NCBI GenBank assembly: GCA_963663165.1
Contig: OY760175.1
Location: forward strand, 6,656,001-6,720,000
DNA: 64,000 bases
Direction of reading: 5' to 3'
Source of the DNA: an uncultured Desulfospira sp.
GTDB taxonomy: Bacteria > Desulfobacterota > Desulfobacteria > Desulfobacterales > Desulfobacteraceae
Below the pieces are notes generated by a model, which was given only the letters and a program-made list of their open reading frames with translations, ran no database searches and was not told where the DNA came from. Positions 8,999 through 18,761 of this stretch are shown one piece after another. Each line of letters starts with the position of its first letter. Positions within the stretch are counted from its first letter, which is position 1. The position numbers and the translations under genes were made by a program.

Positions 8999-10063
8999 TC
9001 ATGAATTCTGAAAACCGGAAGAGGCCTTTTTGTCGGGTCCAAACACAGATTTTCTGTACTGGGAGGGCCTGACACCGTATTCTTTGAAAAAAGAAGCGGC
9101 AAAATGGCTTGAACTGCAAAAGCCGGATTCATAAGCGATCCATGTCAGATCCACCAGGTTTTCTTCCATCAGCATCCGGGCATAGGACAGGCGCTCTTTT
9201 CGCAGGTATTCAAATACCGTGCATCCAAACAACGCTTTGAACCCTTTGCTCAGCTGGGTGTGGCTCATGCCTGCCTGCCTGGCCAGGTCCCGCAAAGAGG
9301 GGGGAAATTGACGATTTTTAACCAGCAGGTCCCTGGCCCGGCAAATCCGGGCTTTGTCGTCAGGCCCCATGGGGGGCTTTGCCGGCAGAAAATCATCCGG
9401 GAAAAAGACCTGATCCAGTCTTAAGGCAATGAGTTCAAGTACTTTGCTTTCCAGGTAGATATGGCCCACCCGGCCTTTGTGGGGATTGTTCAAAATCTGG
9501 TAAACGGTGGTTTTCATCTGAGCTGTCATGATCTGGTCGGCATAAAAGCGGCGGCTTTTAAAAAATTGTTCCGGTATATCGTTATATTGTACATCCCGGA
9601 GGGGTTCCGGGTTGAGCAGTTTGAGTAAAAAATCAGGAGAAATGTGGATGGCAAGGGCCAGGACTTCCTGCGCCCCTTTGATTTTCCGTTCAACAATCCG
9701 GCCTTTAAAAAAACAGGCCGATGAATGATCCGGTGTCATTGGCATTGAATGCAAAAGGCCTGACCCCCCAGATGAACAATTGGATGAACAATTGGATGGA
9801 CAATTTCCTTTAAGACAAAATCCAAAAGTAAAAAAAGGCTTTTCCAATGTGAACCTGGCCTTATAGTCTTCGTCAAATCTGCACCGGCATATGCCCAAGT
9901 CCAACCCTTTGCATATGGCAAAAGATGAAAAATGACCGCTGCCTTTTTGCCTTGGCAGGGGACGAATGACTTCGTTTGGATTCGTCATTTTATCATCAGG
10001 CACCATGGGTTTGAAATCAACATAACCGCCTTTATGGTCTTTTATCAGAATCTGTGACAGCAC
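8999..10063 (-). CDS. AraC-family transcriptional regulator (PchR/YbtA-like)
   Basis: C-terminal double HTH PSLRDLARQAGMS...IAYESGFCSSSHFAASFFKEYGVRP. The start codon is uncertain. Confidence 0.9.
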   Translation of the reverse strand: MLSQILIKDHKGGYVDFKPMVPDDKMTNPNEVIRPLPRQKGSGHFSSFAICKGLDLGICRCRFDEDYKARFTLEKPFFTFGFCLKGNCPSNCSSNCSSGGSGLLHSMPMTPDHSSACFFKGRIVERKIKGAQEVLALAIHISPDFLLKLLNPEPLRDVQYNDIPEQFFKSRRFYADQIMTAQMKTTVYQILNNPHKGRVGHIYLESKVLELIALRLDQVFFPDDFLPAKPPMGPDDKARICRARDLLVKNRQFPPSLRDLARQAGMSHTQLSKGFKALFGCTVFEYLRKERLSYARMLMEENLVDLTWIAYESGFCSSSHFAASFFKEYGVRPSQYRKSVFGPDKKASSGFQNS

Positions 10064-10167
10064 GCTCCGGGTTCCTTTATGTTTCCTTGTTTCATGTCGG
10101 CGACAGCCACTATGTAAACCAAGCTCATCTTATTTTGTCAATATGATATTTTTATGCGCGTCTTATC

Positions 10168-10199
10168 TTTTACGCAAATGCTCTTTTTTTACGCAAATG
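10168..10199 (+). promoter_or_regulatory. Direct repeat ttttacgcaaatg x2, candidate AraC-type operator
   Basis: Identical 13-mers at 10168-10180 and 10187-10199, between the divergent araC and methyltransferase genes. Confidence 0.45.
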
Positions 10200-10276
10200 A
10201 TATTATTGGGGGGGTGAACAGGGCTAAAAGTCAGTCTGACAGAAAAACTAAAAACGTTTAACCTGGAGAAAATGTT

Positions 10277-11329
10277 ATGATGTCACAGCCGCTTCACTCA
10301 CCCCAAACCCCCTATCCCTGTCTTTCCTTTTTGTTTGAAGCCCTGGTGGCCCCTGTAAAACAGGCCGTCATGGAAACCGCCATTACGCTTGATATGGCGC
10401 ATATTCTTTCCAGTGCATCCACCGTTGATGACATTGCAAACAAAGCAGGCATACAGACCGGAACTCAGGGTCTTATCTGCTTTTTGGATGCCTTGGTCGC
10501 CGTGGGGCTGGCAAATAAGGAAAACGGCAAATACAGCAACACGGACACCGGCCGATATTTTTTCGACAAAACCAGTCCTGTTTATATGGGGGATTATATA
10601 CAAGATATGAAATCCCTGGTGCAAAAAAACCTGGCCGGCATGGCAGACATCGTAAAACACGGGATGCCGGATCTGCCTGAAACCGAATCCTGGCAGAACG
10701 AATCCCGGTGGGAACGCGCCGTGGCAAACCTGGCGCTGGGCCAGCGTGCCGGCATGGCCGCCATTTATGCGGATCTGGTCGAAGAACTCCTACAGTTCAG
10801 CCGCATTAAAAAAATCCTTGATCTGGGGGGCGGACCAGGCCTTATCGGTGCCCAGATCCTTGGGCGGATTCCCGGGGCAACCGGGGTGCTGATGGACCTG
10901 CCCGCCGTTATTGGTCTGGCCAGGCAGGAGATCGAAAAAGAGGGGATGGCAGACCGGATCTCCTTTATTGCCGGAGACTATAATGAGACAGATTTGGGCA
11001 GCGGCTATGACCTGATCTGGGCCAGCCACAACCTGTATTTTGTCAAAGACCGGGTGCCGTTCTTCAAGCGTGTGAAAACCGCTTTGGCCGAGAAAGGCGT
11101 CTTTGTCTGCCTGCACGAAGGGTTGGTTCAAGAGCAGACCGCACCTGCTGACATCATTTTGATGCGCCTTTCCAGTGCCATAGAAACTGTAAGCGCCCCG
11201 GACGGACAAAACTATGCCTTTAACAAAGCCGAGATTGCCGGCTACCTGAAACAGGCCGGATTTAACCGGGTTGAATCACGGATGGTTCATTTGCCCAGTG
11301 GTGAAGCAGAACTGGTGGTGGCAAGTTAA
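10277..11329 (+). CDS. SAM-dependent O-methyltransferase (Methyltransf_2 type with dimerisation domain)
   Basis: N-terminal wHTH/dimerisation region, ILDLGGGPG, MDLP, IAGDY and YDLIW. Confidence 0.88.
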   Translation: MMSQPLHSPQTPYPCLSFLFEALVAPVKQAVMETAITLDMAHILSSASTVDDIANKAGIQTGTQGLICFLDALVAVGLANKENGKYSNTDTGRYFFDKTSPVYMGDYIQDMKSLVQKNLAGMADIVKHGMPDLPETESWQNESRWERAVANLALGQRAGMAAIYADLVEELLQFSRIKKILDLGGGPGLIGAQILGRIPGATGVLMDLPAVIGLARQEIEKEGMADRISFIAGDYNETDLGSGYDLIWASHNLYFVKDRVPFFKRVKTALAEKGVFVCLHEGLVQEQTAPADIILMRLSSAIETVSAPDGQNYAFNKAEIAGYLKQAGFNRVESRMVHLPSGEAELVVAS

Positions 11330-11351
11330 ACCGGCCCCTGTGAGAATAAAT

Positions 11352-12452
11352 ATGAAAAAAAGACAGGCCGCTTTGATATGCCGTATCCTGGCAGTCCTGC
11401 TCATGGTTGCCGGCAGTCCTGTGGTATCGGCTATAGTTGCCGGATATGCGTCCCCGGATCTTTCTTCCCGAACGGTGACGGATCTTCAGGGGAACCGGGT
11501 TCTGCTGCCGCCGGCAAATGATCTGCAACGGGTGGTTATTATTGCGCCTACGCTGGTCTCTTCGTTTGCAAGCCTTGGCTTACCCCGGGCCCAAATGGTT
11601 GGTGCCAATAAAATGGCCTTTGAGAATGCCAACGAAAAACTGCTGGATCTGATGCTGCCGGGATGGCGAAAGATACCCACCGGTTTTCTTACCGGGTTCA
11701 GGTCAAACACCGAAGAGTTGTTAACCCTTAACCCGGACATTATCCTGGTCTATGGAAATTTTCAGAAAAAAGGGCTTGAGGGAATAACGGTTCCGGTTTT
11801 GGACTTCTATTTAAGCGGCCACGATAACGAAACCGGTTCAACTGCCGCAGAAACGCTTTTAAGACAGGTGTTTGGGGCCGGCAGTGGCGGTTCTTCTCTT
11901 GCCAAAGAGTGGGAGTGGTCCAAAAAGCTGACCGCGGATCTTCTGGGAAGGGTGCCGAACCCTGTGAAAAAAGGCCTGATGATTGTGTCCAACACCGGGG
12001 ATAAACTGATCGTTATGGGGGCGGGCTCATGTGGTGATGACTGGTTAAAAAAAAGCGGGCTTGTTAATGTCGCGGATGTGGCAGACCCTCAAGGCGGCGG
12101 CCGGGAAGTCTGCCTGGAACAGATCTATGCCTGGGACCCTGATATTATCTATATATTCTGGGGAATTCCCGCATCCCAATACAAAAAAGAACAAATCCCC
12201 GGCCAGAACTGGCATCACGTGAAAGCGGTTCGAAATGGTGCCGTATATGATATGCCCCATGGGCTTACGAACTGGGGCACGGCAAAAGCCGATTCGCCCC
12301 TGACGCTGTTATGGCTGGTCAGTAAAAATTACCCGCATCTTCTCAGAGAAGCTGATTTCTTAGGCATGATGAAGGCCTTTTATTTGCGCCGGTACAACAT
12401 TGACCTTTCCGATGACCTCATGGAAGAGATCCTTTATCCCAATGGAAAATAA
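11352..12452 (+). CDS. ABC transporter substrate-binding protein (iron-siderophore/cobalamin type)
   Basis: Signal peptide, RTVTDLQG, EELLTLNPDII, EQIYAWDPDII and KAVRNGAVY. Confidence 0.88.
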   Translation: MKKRQAALICRILAVLLMVAGSPVVSAIVAGYASPDLSSRTVTDLQGNRVLLPPANDLQRVVIIAPTLVSSFASLGLPRAQMVGANKMAFENANEKLLDLMLPGWRKIPTGFLTGFRSNTEELLTLNPDIILVYGNFQKKGLEGITVPVLDFYLSGHDNETGSTAAETLLRQVFGAGSGGSSLAKEWEWSKKLTADLLGRVPNPVKKGLMIVSNTGDKLIVMGAGSCGDDWLKKSGLVNVADVADPQGGGREVCLEQIYAWDPDIIYIFWGIPASQYKKEQIPGQNWHHVKAVRNGAVYDMPHGLTNWGTAKADSPLTLLWLVSKNYPHLLREADFLGMMKAFYLRRYNIDLSDDLMEEILYPNGK

Positions 12453-13452
12453 GAAAAATTACATCTTGATATACAGTTTGCTGACCCTATGCCTTGTCGC
12501 GTTGATGTTTTTGTCGCTTTTTAAAGGCCGGTATACAGTGCCGCCGGATATGGTGGCGGCCATTTTGTTTAATAAGCTTACCGGAACCGCGTTAACCGGT
12601 ACCGAGGCCACGGTGGTCTGGAATATTCGGTTGCCCAGGGTGCTTCTCGGGGTGATGGTGGGAGCGGGTCTATCCGTTTCCGGGGCCTCTTTCCAGGGCA
12701 TCTTCCGGAACCCGCTGGTCAGCCCCGATATCCTCGGTGTCAGTTCCGGGGCCGGGTTCGGCGCGGCACTGGGAATCATTTTAACATCGGCAAACACCGG
12801 CATCACCATGGCGTTAGCTTTTGGTTTCGGGCTCATAAGTGTGGTCCTTGCCTATACCATTTCAAAAATAAAAAACATGTTCTCCCCCATATCCCTTGTG
12901 CTGTCGGGAATGATCGTGGGATTTTTTTTCAATGCCCTCATATCCCTGGTTAAACTTTTATCCGACACCGATTCCCAATTGCCGGCTATCACCTACTGGC
13001 TGATGGGCAGCTTTGCCAACACCACGTTTAAGGAGATATCCCTTGTTCTGCCCCTGGTTGCCGGGGGAACCCTCCTGCTTGTTTTATTGCGGTGGCGCAT
13101 GAACATCCTTTCCATGGGAGATGAAGAGGCCTATTGTCTTGGCATCAATCCTCACCGCTTAAGGCTTGCCATCGTTGCCGTGGCCACCGTGATCACTGCG
13201 GCCGGTGTTATGGTGTCCGGGATTATCGGGTGGGTCGGGCTGATCATTCCAAATATCTGCAGGATGTTTGTGGGGGCTGATCACAAGCACCTGTTGCCGG
13301 CCTCTTTTCTCATGGGCGGTATTTTTGTCCTTTTAGTGGACTTTTTTGCCAGGGTTTTAACTGTGGCGGAGATTCCTATCGGCATCCTGACCGCCATTGC
13401 CGGAGTGCCCTTGTTTATCTATGTGTATAAATATTCCGGGTGGGGGCGCTGA
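12442..13452 (+). CDS. FecCD-family ABC permease
   Basis: IRLPRV, QGIFRNPLVSPDILGVSSGA and GIIGWVGLIIP. Confidence 0.92.
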   Translation: MENKKNYILIYSLLTLCLVALMFLSLFKGRYTVPPDMVAAILFNKLTGTALTGTEATVVWNIRLPRVLLGVMVGAGLSVSGASFQGIFRNPLVSPDILGVSSGAGFGAALGIILTSANTGITMALAFGFGLISVVLAYTISKIKNMFSPISLVLSGMIVGFFFNALISLVKLLSDTDSQLPAITYWLMGSFANTTFKEISLVLPLVAGGTLLLVLLRWRMNILSMGDEEAYCLGINPHRLRLAIVAVATVITAAGVMVSGIIGWVGLIIPNICRMFVGADHKHLLPASFLMGGIFVLLVDFFARVLTVAEIPIGILTAIAGVPLFIYVYKYSGWGR

Positions 13453-14240
13453 TGGAGGTTGAAGTCAAAAACGGCCATTTTGGCTATACCTCAGAAGAAC
13501 AGATCCTGACCGATATCTGTTTCAGGCTGCCGCCGGCCGGAATTTTAACCATACTCGGCCAGAACGGTATCGGCAAAACAACCCTGTTAAAATGCCTGCT
13601 CGGCATTCTGCCGTGGGAAAAGGGCCACACCCTGATCAACGGCGAACCAATGAACTATAAAAAACATATGGGAAGGATCGGCTATGTGCCCCAGGCATAT
13701 AAATTTGTCTTTCCCTATTCCGTTGAAGAAACTGTAACCATGGGACTTGCCGGAAGGATCGGCTTGTTCTCCATCCCCACCCAAAAGGATAGAGAAGCGG
13801 TCCACGCCATCCTTTCCGAAGTGGGGATATTTCATCTTAGAAAGCGGCTTTGCTCCCAGCTCAGCGGTGGGCAGCTCCAGCTCGTTTTTATGGCACGGGG
13901 ACTGGTAAAAAGACCGGAGCTGATGATTTTAGATGAGCCCGAGTCCCACCTGGATTATAAAAATCAGATCCTGGTTTTAAAGATGCTTGAAAAGCTTTCA
14001 CGGGAACAGGGTATCTCTTGCATCATCAACACCCATTACCCTGACCATGCCTTAAGAATTTCCGATGCCACACTCATGTTAAGACGCACGGCATCCGGAA
14101 AGAAGACGTATGTACACGGGCCTACCCCAGACATTATTACCCAAAAGAATATCAAACTGTTTTTCGATGTGGAGTCCCAAATTATGACCATTGATAAAAA
14201 GGACAAAACAAAAATCAGAACCCTTGTTGTAGTGGAATAG
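13452..14240 (+). CDS. ABC transporter ATP-binding protein (FecE-like)
   Basis: GQNGIGKTT, LSGGQLQ and ILDEPESHLD. Confidence 0.92.
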   Translation: MEVEVKNGHFGYTSEEQILTDICFRLPPAGILTILGQNGIGKTTLLKCLLGILPWEKGHTLINGEPMNYKKHMGRIGYVPQAYKFVFPYSVEETVTMGLAGRIGLFSIPTQKDREAVHAILSEVGIFHLRKRLCSQLSGGQLQLVFMARGLVKRPELMILDEPESHLDYKNQILVLKMLEKLSREQGISCIINTHYPDHALRISDATLMLRRTASGKKTYVHGPTPDIITQKNIKLFFDVESQIMTIDKKDKTKIRTLVVVE

Positions 14241-14267
14241 GACAACTTTTCAAAGAGGAGAGAAAAC

Positions 14268-16295
14268 ATGAACAGCCAGGCTAAAAACAATAAACGGCAA
14301 CACAACCGGGTATTATGCTTTGTTTATATTATTGCAATGATCGTTGGCCTTTCAGTCGGGCCGGTATGGGCCGGGGATGACAACGCCGGCAAGTCAAGTA
14401 TTCAACTTGGAGATATAACGGTGACCGCAACTAAAATGTCCACACAGGTGGATAACCTACCCACCAATATCAGCGTTGTTACCAGAGAAGAACTCGAAAA
14501 GTTCCCGGGGCATTACAATGCCTTAACCGTACTTCAGGCCGCCAATATTCCGGGACTGTTTTTTCCCACCAACGTCTTTGGCGGCGGGAGCGCCAGCACC
14601 TCAGTGAGTACCAGGGGCAGCGAGGTCTCAAGCTGGGGAATGAAGGTCATGGTAAACGGTATTGAGATGAACCGGGCAAACGGGAATATATCGGCAGGCC
14701 GCCTGGCGGTACACGACATAGAGCGTATTGAGATCACCAAAACGCCTTCGGCCGAGTATGGGGACCAGGCCCTGGGCGGGGTTATCAATATTATTACCCG
14801 AAAGGCAAAGGAACCTGTGGAAGGCCGGGCCGGCATTGCCTTTACAAGTTTTGGGGGCGGCAACGGTTACAGCGTACTCAGCGGCACACTGGACAAATGG
14901 GAATACTATATTGATGCGGCCGTACAACGGGAAGATACCTACCAGGATAACGGATTTGAAGATGGCAACAACGTTTATACCCGGGTGGGTTACGGGCTTA
15001 ACGACGGAGCACAAATCACCTTTCACGGATCCTATAACAACACCAAAGGGCTTTATGCCGCAAGCCTGACCAGGGATCAGTTTGATGATGACCCTTCACA
15101 AAATCCCAATGCCGGGGCGGATTATGACTATGAATCCGAGGATACACTGGGGGCACTGGTCTATAATCAGCAATTGGGAGCCTACGAACTCATGGCGAAA
15201 ATGGAGGTTCAGAACTGTGATTATCAGCTTTACTGGGGGCATTTAACCCACATGGATTCCAGCCAGGTACATCCGGAAGTCAGCCTGACCTTTAATCATA
15301 ATCTTGGGGGCATGGCAAATAAACTGGTGATCGGCGGGGAGTACCGCAATCATGACTATGATGTGAGAAGGTATACGGCATCAAGCTTTAATGACATAAC
15401 CGCCGTTAATCAGGATTTCAGCAGAAAAGATATCAGTTATGCCGGGTATGTGCAGGATGAACTGCTCGTAACCGATGCGCTCACGGTTACCGCCGGTATC
15501 CGCTACGATTTTTTTGATCTCGAGCAAACCGCCCATATTGCCGCAAGCGACGCCTGGGACCAGAAAAAAGGCGACATCAGCCCAAAGCTTGGTTTTACCT
15601 ACCAGTTTTGCAATGAGGTCAACTTTTTTGCCGGATACAACAGCGGCATCAAAAGCCCGGTCAGGCTGCCGGTCTATTACACAAACGGCGAGCTGGACCC
15701 GGAAAAGCTTGAGGCTTATGAACTCGGGTTTCGCGGCAATGTTGCCGGCTGGTTCAACTACAATATGGCCTTTTTCTGGCAAACCGTAAAAGATAAGTTT
15801 GTTCTGCCCAGTGCCGACTGGACGGCACAATATGAAAACGCCGGGGAAACCAGTTCAAAAGGGATTGAATTGGGCGCCGGTGCCAAATTGCCCCACGGCT
15901 TTTACACATCGGTTAATTTCACTTACCAGGAAGCCGAATTTGAAGAGTTCGTCAGCATGGGGGTTGACTATTCGGGAAACAAACTGACCGGTGTGCCGGA
16001 TATGATTTTTTCCTTTACACTGGGATACCAGAATGACCGCTTGGGCAACCTGTCACTGAATCCTGTCTACACCGGCAGGCAGTATTTTAACTATGCAAAT
16101 ACCAATGAGGAAGACGGCTACTGGGTATTGAACGCCAAATATGCAAAACAAATCGGGCGGGCGGAATTCTACCTTCTGGCAAACAATCTGTTTAATCAAA
16201 GCGCTGTGGGCTACGGCAGCGGCAATCCCGGCAATGAATCCTTGTATCCCATTTCCGGGTTCAACATGGTACTGGGCATGAACATAACGTTTTAA
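14268..16295 (+). CDS. TonB-dependent receptor
   Basis: Signal peptide, TonB box DITVTATK, plug motif IERIEITK...YGDQALGGVINIIT and C-terminal F. Confidence 0.92.
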   Translation: MNSQAKNNKRQHNRVLCFVYIIAMIVGLSVGPVWAGDDNAGKSSIQLGDITVTATKMSTQVDNLPTNISVVTREELEKFPGHYNALTVLQAANIPGLFFPTNVFGGGSASTSVSTRGSEVSSWGMKVMVNGIEMNRANGNISAGRLAVHDIERIEITKTPSAEYGDQALGGVINIITRKAKEPVEGRAGIAFTSFGGGNGYSVLSGTLDKWEYYIDAAVQREDTYQDNGFEDGNNVYTRVGYGLNDGAQITFHGSYNNTKGLYAASLTRDQFDDDPSQNPNAGADYDYESEDTLGALVYNQQLGAYELMAKMEVQNCDYQLYWGHLTHMDSSQVHPEVSLTFNHNLGGMANKLVIGGEYRNHDYDVRRYTASSFNDITAVNQDFSRKDISYAGYVQDELLVTDALTVTAGIRYDFFDLEQTAHIAASDAWDQKKGDISPKLGFTYQFCNEVNFFAGYNSGIKSPVRLPVYYTNGELDPEKLEAYELGFRGNVAGWFNYNMAFFWQTVKDKFVLPSADWTAQYENAGETSSKGIELGAGAKLPHGFYTSVNFTYQEAEFEEFVSMGVDYSGNKLTGVPDMIFSFTLGYQNDRLGNLSLNPVYTGRQYFNYANTNEEDGYWVLNAKYAKQIGRAEFYLLANNLFNQSAVGYGSGNPGNESLYPISGFNMVLGMNITF

Positions 16296-16308
16296 GGAGA
16301 ACACAGCG

Positions 16309-16944
16309 ATGTATACTGGAATTCAAAAAACATGGACAATGATCATCTCAGTGGCAATATGTATCTTTATCATCTCCCAGGTCAGGGCCGAAACATCAGG
16401 TGGTATTTTCGCCGGCTGGCAGGGGAATTTTATAAACCAGGCGTTTGTATATGAAATGCCTGAAATGAACGCCGTCTATAAAAAGATCGTGGCTGAAGCC
16501 AAAAATATGGGAAAAACCCAGAGTGTTGAGCAGGTCAAAGCTTTTTTCAAAACATTGGGGGTGACGGGTTTTTGCAGACTCTCAATAGCCGGTGATGAAG
16601 TAACCTTTTACGATAAGGAAAAAATTCAGGCCAAGCACCGGTATAAGGCACTTGGAACTGTCCCGGACACCTATGGAGACCACAAATTAGAATGGTATGC
16701 GTTTGAGGCGGCAGATAAAGAGGGCCAGGCATCTGAGTATCGGTATATTATGATGCTCCAAATTCATCAACACCAAAACGGGCAGTCTCACTTTCACATC
16801 AGGTACGGCAGCAACGGGGTTAAGGAGCTGACCGGCCTGGGGGGCATGGGAAACTGGTGGCCCACGATGGTCAAGCCTGATTTTGATGTAACCGCTTATA
16901 TCGACAGCATCAATTCTAAGCTTATGGTTAAACTGCTGCCGTAA
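16309..16944 (+). CDS. ZinT/AdcA-like periplasmic metal-binding protein
   Basis: Signal peptide, WQG near the N-terminus, His-rich IHQHQNGQSHFHIRYG and WWPTM. Confidence 0.7.
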   Translation: MYTGIQKTWTMIISVAICIFIISQVRAETSGGIFAGWQGNFINQAFVYEMPEMNAVYKKIVAEAKNMGKTQSVEQVKAFFKTLGVTGFCRLSIAGDEVTFYDKEKIQAKHRYKALGTVPDTYGDHKLEWYAFEAADKEGQASEYRYIMMLQIHQHQNGQSHFHIRYGSNGVKELTGLGGMGNWWPTMVKPDFDVTAYIDSINSKLMVKLLP

Positions 16945-17046
16945 ATGCAACACAAAATAGCGGGTACACCGCTATATATAAACGCAAATACCCGTTTGGA
17001 TGTAAGGATTTTTATCATAACCCCGGCTCGCTGCGGCCATACCGCT

Positions 17047-17850
17047 TCAGCGGCCTTGGGCATCTCCTTTGATCTGCGTAAGGTCAAGGCTGAAATATTG
17101 GCTCAACATTTGTGCAAACAGCGCATCGTCGTTAATTTCGGTCTGGGTGGTCTCATCCCCGGCCACAATGGTCAGCTGCCGGTCCGTTAAGGTGATCCGC
17201 CCCTGGCGGGTGGGGGTGGTGCAAAACTTCATCTGGGTAAAAAAGGAGACCGGATGGGTTGAGGTAAAGTGGTTGGACATTAGAAAATCAATGGGCAGGC
17301 AGGGCTCCATGGTAAAAAGATAAAGGTTTCGGTAGTTTCCGGCCTCTTTTTTCTGGAGAATAAAGCTTTGGTCCGGACATTTCTCAAGCCGGTAGATCCG
17401 GTTAAAATGGGACTGGTCTATCCCCGGTTCAAGCCGGATGGGGGCCACGATGCCGTCGTTGCCGAATCCCACATCGGCCATCCATTTTTGGCCATTGATA
17501 TTTATCACGGACAGCTGATGGGTCTTGGCGGTCAGAGTTGGCGGATCACCGGAAAAGACCCGGGCCAGAAGATCGGTCACCTCAAAGCCCAGAGACTTGA
17601 GGACAAAGGAGAACAGGCCGTTCATTTCAAAGCAGTATCCCCCCCGGCGGTTTGTTACCAGTTTGGCAAGCAGGGAGGCAATGTCCAGGTGAATGGTCCG
17701 CTGGTAAAATACATCCAGGTTTTCAAAGGGAATGTTCAGGGTATGGGCGCAGTGAAGATCTTTCAGGGTGGATTCGCTGATGTCGGCCGGCCCTTGATAC
17801 TGCACCCGGTTAAAATATTCATCCAGAAGATGGCGGCATTCTTTATCCAA
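17047..17850 (-). CDS. Arylamine N-acetyltransferase
   Basis: IPFENLD, RRGGYCFEMN (catalytic Cys), TH and ADVGFG. Confidence 0.93.
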   Translation of the reverse strand: MDKECRHLLDEYFNRVQYQGPADISESTLKDLHCAHTLNIPFENLDVFYQRTIHLDIASLLAKLVTNRRGGYCFEMNGLFSFVLKSLGFEVTDLLARVFSGDPPTLTAKTHQLSVININGQKWMADVGFGNDGIVAPIRLEPGIDQSHFNRIYRLEKCPDQSFILQKKEAGNYRNLYLFTMEPCLPIDFLMSNHFTSTHPVSFFTQMKFCTTPTRQGRITLTDRQLTIVAGDETTQTEINDDALFAQMLSQYFSLDLTQIKGDAQGR

Positions 17851-18075
17851 GGGGTGTCCTCTTAAGTTTCAGGTTTTTAAATCCGCACCATAGCCTTGAA
17901 CGGCGGCCAGATCAAGTTCTCTGGTGAAAAACCACAGGTTAACCGCATTTATAATAAAAGTGCTATCGGGATCAGATATGATAATAAGCCGGTTCGATAG
18001 CGATGATAGAGCAACAGGTATAATTATAAATCCAGTTACCATCTTGCCCTGCCCGTATTACACCTCACGTAATTT

Positions 18076-18167
18076 TATATGAAAGTCTCACTAACAGCGT
18101 GATAAGACTTTCATTATTCGTTGTGGGCGATACTTGGTTGGATAACCAAGACGGCCCGTGGCCGTTA
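18076..18167 (+). repeat. Two-hairpin modular repeat (family A), single copy
   Basis: tatatgaaagtct...agactttc followed by gggcgatacttggttggataaccaagacggcccgtggccgtta. Confidence 0.85.
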
Positions 18168-18239
18168 GTGAAACAGATATGTTGCCCAAAAGGAAGATAG
18201 CATATATCATGAAGACTGAATATTTTAAGAGAGGATTAT

Positions 18240-18461
18240 ATGATGCAAATATCTTTACCCTTAAATAAAATGACGAAGGCGGAAAAAATCATGGTAATGA
18301 ACGAGATCTGGGATGACCTCGTTCGGAATTCAGAAGATATTCCATCACCGGAGTGGCATAAGGATATTTTATCCGCCCGTGCGGAACGTGTTAAAAATGG
18401 ACAAGCTCATTTTCAAGACTTTGATTCTGTGAAATCAGAACTGCGCTCCGAGTTCAAATGA
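18240..18461 (+). CDS. Addiction module antitoxin component
   Basis: MTKAEKIMVMNEIWDDL...PSPEWHKDILSAR is the typical addiction-module pattern. Confidence 0.85.
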   Translation: MMQISLPLNKMTKAEKIMVMNEIWDDLVRNSEDIPSPEWHKDILSARAERVKNGQAHFQDFDSVKSELRSEFK

Positions 18462-18598
18462 AAATTCGAATTCTTGATGAAGCCAAAGCCGATTTGCGAG
18501 AAGGTGCCCAATTTTACGAAAGACAAAACCAAGGACTTGGAAGTTATTTTCTTGATACGATCCTTTCTGAAATAAATTCTTTAATTCTCTAGGCCGGA
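18458..18598 (+). pseudogene. Truncated RelE/ParE-family toxin
   Basis: MKIRILDEAKADLREGAQFYERQNQGLGSYFLDTILSEINSLIL*AG: TAG at 18590, then unrelated sequence. ATGA overlap with the antitoxin. Confidence 0.8.
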
Positions 18599-18761
18599 GG
18601 TCCTAAGTGGGATAGGACTCCCATCATTGAGGACGCTTCCCACACAGCTCGCCCTTCCTGCCAAGTACCCAGAGGGATCTCAAATCCGGTCTCCTGCTTC
18701 CGGCCCCCCGGTCTCCTTTTTACCAGTGTGCATAAAAATAGATTTATGATAAAGATATCCC

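Noticed and set aside
9771..9805. 12-bp tandem repeat in araC (NCPS/NCSS)
   Set aside because: In-frame slippage duplication in a linker; no evidence of function.
18089..18170. Integron attC site (cactaac...gttagtg inverted ends)
   Set aside because: Only this copy has matching ends. There is no L-box pairing along the site, other units lack RYYYAAC, and no integrase is present.
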